Shown here piece by piece: positions 34,854 through 40,000 of a stretch of DNA of 40,000 nucleotides. Under the pieces are notes generated by a model. The model saw only the letters and a program-made list of their open reading frames with translations, was not told where the DNA came from and ran no database searches. The first letter of the stretch is position 1. Each line of letters starts with the position of its first letter. The position numbers were made by a program, and so were the translations under genes. Origin of the DNA: Stenotrophomonas phage BUCTxx100; the sequence record OR529409.1, one strand, 5' to 3'.

Positions 34854-36965
34854 ATGGTAGAAAAATTTGTCTATAAGAAACCCACAAACCAGCTTAAACC
34901 AGAGTTGATGTCCATCAATATTAACTTGAACTCATTTCCCTGGTCGGTTTCATCGTCACGTCAATATATGTTGGGTGGTAACGTAGCTAAAGCAGTTTCC
35001 ATACAAGGCGCGTCGACAAGGCGTAACCCCGTTGGATTCGAACCAGAATATGCTAAGTACGCTCGTAAAGTCATAGCGCCGTCAAACATGACTGTAGAGA
35101 GAACATTTTATCAGCGATCTCTACAACCCGGTAGCAATCTTGCAGATGATTGGGCGGAGATCCACGTTATCTTCTTTAATGAAGAACACCAGCTTTATGA
35201 TCTCTTGACCATTCCACGATTTAATACGCAGAATACTTACGTTGGGTTTGAGTACAAACTTAACAAGGATAACCTTCGTAAACTCAGTACAGAATCACCG
35301 ACCTTTAAGAAAGGTGATGTGTTTGCGTATTCTCCAAATATCAGCGATACTGGAGAGTGGATGTTTGGTACTGAGGCGATGGTTTGTGGGATGACCGCAC
35401 CTTATACCGAAGAAGACGGCATTGCTATTACTGAGAGCTTTGCTCGTAAGCTGACCAGCATCTTCCAACATTCTCGTAAGTTCTCCTGGAACGAAGCAGA
35501 GTACGTGCCGCTGAATCTTTATGGAACATTAGATTCTCCACGGCCTTTCCCTGAGAACGGAGAAAGTATTCGTAGTGACGGTATTGTCATGGGGTTCCGT
35601 AGACGTGACACTTCGAGCGCTCTGGTGGGCTTAACCAAAAAAGCACTCATGCGTCCTGATCAAACTTACGATATTCTTTTCTACGCGCCTAAAGATTGCG
35701 TTGTTAAAAATATCTCCGTCAAGTCAGATCGTTATAAGAACGTTTCCAATAACAAACGTCAGGAGAAGATTACTCAGCCTCACACTCAGTTGCTGGAACG
35801 TTATGAGCAGCGTTCTAACCAAATGGCGTTTGAGGTCCAGGAGTGGTATTACCGGATGGATGCGAAGTTTAAAGATTCCGATCTTCCTTTCACCCATGCA
35901 CTCCAAGAGTTCATCTCTAAACAGTTAGGCGACGTCACTAAAAACTTCGCTACCGGCAAGTATAACCAGGTCAAGCGAACCCACCGCAATAAGGCGCTTT
36001 TGGATTGGAACGTCGAGATTACTTTAAAGGAAAGAGTCACTGCGCGTAAACGTTTTAAAATTACCGACACTCAAGGTGCAAAAGGCGTAATCGTTCACAT
36101 TATACCCGATGCTAACGCACCGCGATACGCCGATGGACGTCGATCAGAAGTCATCATTAATAACACTCCTGCTTTTAGACGCCAGATCTTTTCGGCGTTA
36201 ATAGAAGCTGGGGTTAACTTAATAGGCTTGGAGATCGAAAACAGGATCAGAGTTCTAGTTGCTCAAAACGGAGGGTATAAGAAAGCTTATCAGGAGCTCA
36301 TTAAGTTTTATCGTTCTACCGCTCCGGAGTTCGCCGATATCGTTGATGCCGCTCTCCCCACGGAAGAAGAACAATTCGATCACGTTGACTTTGTGTTGAG
36401 TGATAAGATCTGCGTTCAACGTCGAAGCGACACCCAGCTGTATGGCGCCGATATTCTGAGATTGATGCGGGAAACCTATCCGGATATCAAACCTCAAAAG
36501 GCAATTTACGTTAACGAGCTCGGTCAGGAAATCACCACCATGTTCCCTGTCAGTATCAGCAGCATGTATTACATCCTGCTTGATAAGTTTGGTAACGATA
36601 TGAGTTGCCAGTCATTCCCTAAGCGTAACGTGTACGGCCTGCCGTCTAAGTTGAACCATGGCGATCGTTATAGGGATTGGCACCGTGCTCAACCAGGCCG
36701 TAATATGGGTGAGGCAGAATCACGTCAGAAGAATACTCAGATGGGGGGAGAGGAAGTTGTAAGGCAGTTGGCGGCAGCTAACTCCCCTTACGTTTGTATC
36801 ATGATGACGAAGCGTATTATTCGGGCTAATAACCCGTTTCGAATTAAAACCATTATTAAACCTGAAGAGTATGCGATGAGCCGATCTTTGGGAATGACGA
36901 TGAATTTACTTAACGACGCGGGTTATACTTTACGTAAGGAAAAAGACAGTGATCTTACTTCGTGA
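34854..36965 (+). CDS. Phage multisubunit RNA polymerase beta-like subunit, C-terminal part
   Basis: ITESFARKLTS, DTQGAKGVIVHIIPDANAPRYADGRRSEVIINN, YGLPSKLNHGDRYRDWHRAQPGRNMGEAE match the conserved beta C-terminal order. Confidence 0.8.
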   Translation: MVEKFVYKKPTNQLKPELMSININLNSFPWSVSSSRQYMLGGNVAKAVSIQGASTRRNPVGFEPEYAKYARKVIAPSNMTVERTFYQRSLQPGSNLADDWAEIHVIFFNEEHQLYDLLTIPRFNTQNTYVGFEYKLNKDNLRKLSTESPTFKKGDVFAYSPNISDTGEWMFGTEAMVCGMTAPYTEEDGIAITESFARKLTSIFQHSRKFSWNEAEYVPLNLYGTLDSPRPFPENGESIRSDGIVMGFRRRDTSSALVGLTKKALMRPDQTYDILFYAPKDCVVKNISVKSDRYKNVSNNKRQEKITQPHTQLLERYEQRSNQMAFEVQEWYYRMDAKFKDSDLPFTHALQEFISKQLGDVTKNFATGKYNQVKRTHRNKALLDWNVEITLKERVTARKRFKITDTQGAKGVIVHIIPDANAPRYADGRRSEVIINNTPAFRRQIFSALIEAGVNLIGLEIENRIRVLVAQNGGYKKAYQELIKFYRSTAPEFADIVDAALPTEEEQFDHVDFVLSDKICVQRRSDTQLYGADILRLMRETYPDIKPQKAIYVNELGQEITTMFPVSISSMYYILLDKFGNDMSCQSFPKRNVYGLPSKLNHGDRYRDWHRAQPGRNMGEAESRQKNTQMGGEEVVRQLAAANSPYVCIMMTKRIIRANNPFRIKTIIKPEEYAMSRSLGMTMNLLNDAGYTLRKEKDSDLTS

Positions 36966-38928
36966 TTATGCGAATCTGACCGAACGAGAGCTCCTGACCA
37001 AATGGTGGAAGAATCGTGTTAAAGTTGTGGTTAAGGATGACCACGGTGAAACACTAGAAACTGATTCTTACGTGCTGATGGTGAACTGGTATGGATTATC
37101 AATTCACCGAGCCTATAACAACATCCCTTATTCCATACAAGAGGTATTCCAAGCAAAAGTTTGGAATGATAAAACAATACAGCGACCTATTAACTGGTTC
37201 CTCCAAAATCAGTTGATGCCGTTAATTGACGATCCGGTTGAAACTGATCGGATCAAGCAAATGATCTACGAGTGGCAGATCAAACTTAATAACTTCCTGC
37301 ATTTCTTTGGACAGGGCGCTGAGATATCGGCATTGGGGTACGATATACTCGACGTTATGGACCATCCTTTGATGAAGAGTATCAAGGAACGGATCCATTC
37401 TCTCGAAATAACCATCGATGAAGGGGAGGCGGAATTTAAATCGCTTATCCTTGAGCATGAAGATTTCGATAGCAACACCTTTGCTTTACTCGCTAGGACC
37501 GGATCGGTTTCGGTCAATCAGGGCTTCCAAACCGTTATTATCAGGGGATCAGTATTTGACCTAAACAACCAGATACTCCCCAATCCTGTAGAAGCATCAT
37601 TTGCAGATGGTTTGGTTAATTTGGCAGATGCTTTGGGTGAGAGTAAAGCGGCGGGTAAGAGCCTCATCAGTAACGGCCGCGCATTGGAAGATTCAGAGTG
37701 GTTCCATAGGAAATTGCATATTGTGACTTCCGTGGTGACCGATCTGCATCATCAGACTGATTGCGGAACAACCTTCACAGTACCGATTAAAGTTCTTTCC
37801 AGGGATATGCTTTCTGCTATGAAGGGCAAGTATATCGTGGAAGAAGGTAAGTTGGTACTATTAACCGATCAAACCATTAAACGTTACCATAAGGGCGACG
37901 TTCTTAATATGAGGTCGGTTAAAGGCTGTCTTACTCATAAGCCTGGTGAGCCTTGTGGGGTGTGTTACGGTAAGATGAAGGCGTCGATACCGTATAACGT
38001 CATCATGATGAAATCTGCGAATCCCGGAATGTATTCCGCCACGGCAATTGCAGAACGTATTGGTCAGGCTCTTCTTTCGACCAAACACTTCATGAGACAC
38101 ACTCAAACTATTCCGTTCTTTGTTAAGCCAACAGATGCGGATGTGATCTCCTCTGATACGAATTACATTTTCTTGAATAAAGAAATGTGTCGTAAAGGAA
38201 CTAAGGTCATATTGGATGGGTTGATCGGAAGCGAGCTTTCTGACTTCCGAAATCTGGAATCTCTGGATGAGATCAATTTCGATCAATTGCGGACATTCCC
38301 TTCTGTTGCGTTTGAATATGAAACGGAAGACCCGATGACCGAAGGTATTGCGATCACACAACGTAACATCACCACGTCTGTATCCTCTCGTAGTGCAAGG
38401 ATGTCAAGAGAGTTTATCGAGTACGCCATCTCTAAAGGGTGGGAGAAAGATAAAAAGTTGATTACGGTCGATCTATCCGATTATCGTAGTGAGGATCCGT
38501 TGTTCTTCCTCCCTTATGTGCATGAGGACCTGGATCAGTATCGTCGTCAAATCGAAGGATTCGTCTCTTTCTCCAATCGTAACAACGCTTGGAAGCAAAG
38601 GGAGATAACTCCTGAGATCTTCGGGGAAGTATTAGGCGAAATGTGGAGCTTAGTAAACCGTAAGTTTGCCGGGATCAACATTATTCACTCCGAAATTATC
38701 CTTTACTCCCTGTTAACGAGGGATCCGTTTAACGGATTGTATAGGATACCTAGAGGTGACGAGCCCCAGTATTTCTCCGCTTTCACGCATTGCATTAACA
38801 ATCGAGGAATAGGGACCCTGGCGATTTACCAGAAGCAAAATCAGATACTCGAATCCCCTGAGACGTATGATATTAAAGAACGTCAAGGAGGCGCCTTTGA
38901 GTGTTATCTGGCTCCAGCCGTCCTATAG
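36949..38928 (+). CDS. Phage multisubunit RNA polymerase beta'-like subunit, C-terminal part
   Basis: GLVNLADALGESKAAGKSLISNGRALEDSEWFHRKLHIVTSVVTDLHHQTDCGTT resembles the trigger-loop region ([22 protein letters not shown]...DCGT); CLTHKPGEPCGVCYGKM and AIAERIGQALLSTKHFMRHT resemble C...GVCAKCYG and AAQSIGEPGTQLTMRTFH. Confidence 0.8.
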   Translation: MILLRDYANLTERELLTKWWKNRVKVVVKDDHGETLETDSYVLMVNWYGLSIHRAYNNIPYSIQEVFQAKVWNDKTIQRPINWFLQNQLMPLIDDPVETDRIKQMIYEWQIKLNNFLHFFGQGAEISALGYDILDVMDHPLMKSIKERIHSLEITIDEGEAEFKSLILEHEDFDSNTFALLARTGSVSVNQGFQTVIIRGSVFDLNNQILPNPVEASFADGLVNLADALGESKAAGKSLISNGRALEDSEWFHRKLHIVTSVVTDLHHQTDCGTTFTVPIKVLSRDMLSAMKGKYIVEEGKLVLLTDQTIKRYHKGDVLNMRSVKGCLTHKPGEPCGVCYGKMKASIPYNVIMMKSANPGMYSATAIAERIGQALLSTKHFMRHTQTIPFFVKPTDADVISSDTNYIFLNKEMCRKGTKVILDGLIGSELSDFRNLESLDEINFDQLRTFPSVAFEYETEDPMTEGIAITQRNITTSVSSRSARMSREFIEYAISKGWEKDKKLITVDLSDYRSEDPLFFLPYVHEDLDQYRRQIEGFVSFSNRNNAWKQREITPEIFGEVLGEMWSLVNRKFAGINIIHSEIILYSLLTRDPFNGLYRIPRGDEPQYFSAFTHCINNRGIGTLAIYQKQNQILESPETYDIKERQGGAFECYLAPAVL

Positions 38929-38944
38929 ACAATAGGAGTTAACC

Positions 38945-40000
38945 GTGCGTAAGACGGTGGTCATTAACAAAGCGCACAATTACCTCAGAATAACGGATTA
39001 TTCTGAGGAGTTTGTGAACAGAGTGATAATGCCGTTCTGTCGACGGTATCTTTATAAGTACGCCAAAAAACCTATCCCCGGAACAAGAAAAACTCAGAGT
39101 TACGTGAGTCATGTGTTCGCTCGTATGAATAATGACAAAACGGAATTCCGTATATCCGCGGGTCTTCTAAAAGAATTCCTGAGTTTTATGGAATATTGCG
39201 GGTATGCTCCCAACAGGGCGCTTGTACTCGATGAACCAGAAATCGTTCCGACGAGAGTACAGTTCGAATGGAATAAAGGATGGGGTGGGTATAAACCAGG
39301 GAGTGAGCAAGAACAGAAGGAATGGTGTGATTACCAGATTGCTGACGGACCCATAAAAGTCAACAACGCCGGAACAGGTGTGGGTAAGAGCTTTTGTGCG
39401 ACAAAGCTCATGGTTGACATGGGGGTTCGTGGGCTGATAACAGCATTACCTCGTTACATACCGATATGGTCCAAATGCCTGTTTCAATATTTGAAACTCT
39501 CGGTTGAAGACGTAGTCTATGTTGAATCTGGTGGGCTTGAGGAGTTAGCCGAAAACATTCAGAAGGGAATTATTAATCCTAAAATCATCATTCTCCCATT
39601 AACCAGGATTGACTCGCACTATAAACGGATGAGAGAGGATGATACCGTTCCCGACTTAGACGAACTCTATGCTAAGATGGGGATTGGGTTGAGGATCATG
39701 GATGAAGGACACGAATCTGTTTATCAGGTTTATATGTCCATGCTTTACGGTAATTTCTCGAAGACCCTGGCGTTGTCAGCAACTCTGAAAGCCGACGATG
39801 CTTTACAGAACCGTATCTATTCGTACATCTATCCTCAAAGCATCCGCTTGAAGGACGGAGAATCGAAGAAATACATCGATGTTTATGCTTACCATCACTG
39901 GATTGACATTAGGAAGTTCAGGATTAACCCCAGAGGATTTGGGGGGTATAACCACGTGAAGTTCGAACAAGGGATTATGAAATCGCCTTACCTGCTCGGC
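38945..40000 (+). CDS. Superfamily-2 helicase/ATPase, N-terminal part (runs off right edge; GTG start)
   Basis: Not in the ORF track. GTG at 38945 after AATAGGAG; translation VRKTVVINKAHNYLRITDY... with Walker A NNAGTGVGKSFCATKL, motif II IMDEGHE, motif III TLALSATLK. Confidence 0.8.
   Translation, partial: MRKTVVINKAHNYLRITDYSEEFVNRVIMPFCRRYLYKYAKKPIPGTRKTQSYVSHVFARMNNDKTEFRISAGLLKEFLSFMEYCGYAPNRALVLDEPEIVPTRVQFEWNKGWGGYKPGSEQEQKEWCDYQIADGPIKVNNAGTGVGKSFCATKLMVDMGVRGLITALPRYIPIWSKCLFQYLKLSVEDVVYVESGGLEELAENIQKGIINPKIIILPLTRIDSHYKRMREDDTVPDLDELYAKMGIGLRIMDEGHESVYQVYMSMLYGNFSKTLALSATLKADDALQNRIYSYIYPQSIRLKDGESKKYIDVYAYHHWIDIRKFRINPRGFGGYNHVKFEQGIMKSPYLLG

Noticed and set aside
1-40000. CRISPR array, transposon, integrase or toxin-antitoxin/defence island
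   Set aside because: No regularly spaced direct repeats, terminal inverted repeats or transposase/integrase motifs were seen; the window reads as core lytic jumbo-phage genome rather than an accessory defence island.

Overview
The window looks like a dense segment of a nucleus-forming, phiKZ-like (Chimalliviridae-type) jumbo phage genome. This rests on motifs I can read in the translations: the C-terminal nuclease part of a large terminase (runs in from the left edge), thymidylate kinase, a PhuZ/tubulin-like GTPase, a family-B DNA polymerase palm fragment (motifs B and C only), multisubunit RNA polymerase pieces (a beta' N-terminal part with NADFDGD, a separately encoded next piece, a beta C-terminal part, and a beta' C-terminal part with trigger-loop-like region), a candidate SSB with an acidic DDFAEDIPF tip, an SbcD/gp47-like metallophosphoesterase, and an SF2 helicase running off the right edge (GTG start, missing from the ORF track). 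A very strongly codon-biased 670-aa protein between the PhuZ-like gene and the RNAP beta' genes is a candidate for the phage nuclear shell protein or another very abundant phage protein; this is inference only. The least explained parts are (1) a ~1 kb region (about 10360-11340, perhaps to the terminator at 11730) that looks like a large structured non-coding RNA directly upstream of the PhuZ-like gene, and (2) a ~1.1 kb divergent intergenic region (8480-9560) with an AT-rich core bracketed by alternating purine/pyrimidine GC-rich tracts that share a 13-nt inverted repeat. Many small ORFs have no function I can support. Hairpin and motif coordinates were read by eye.
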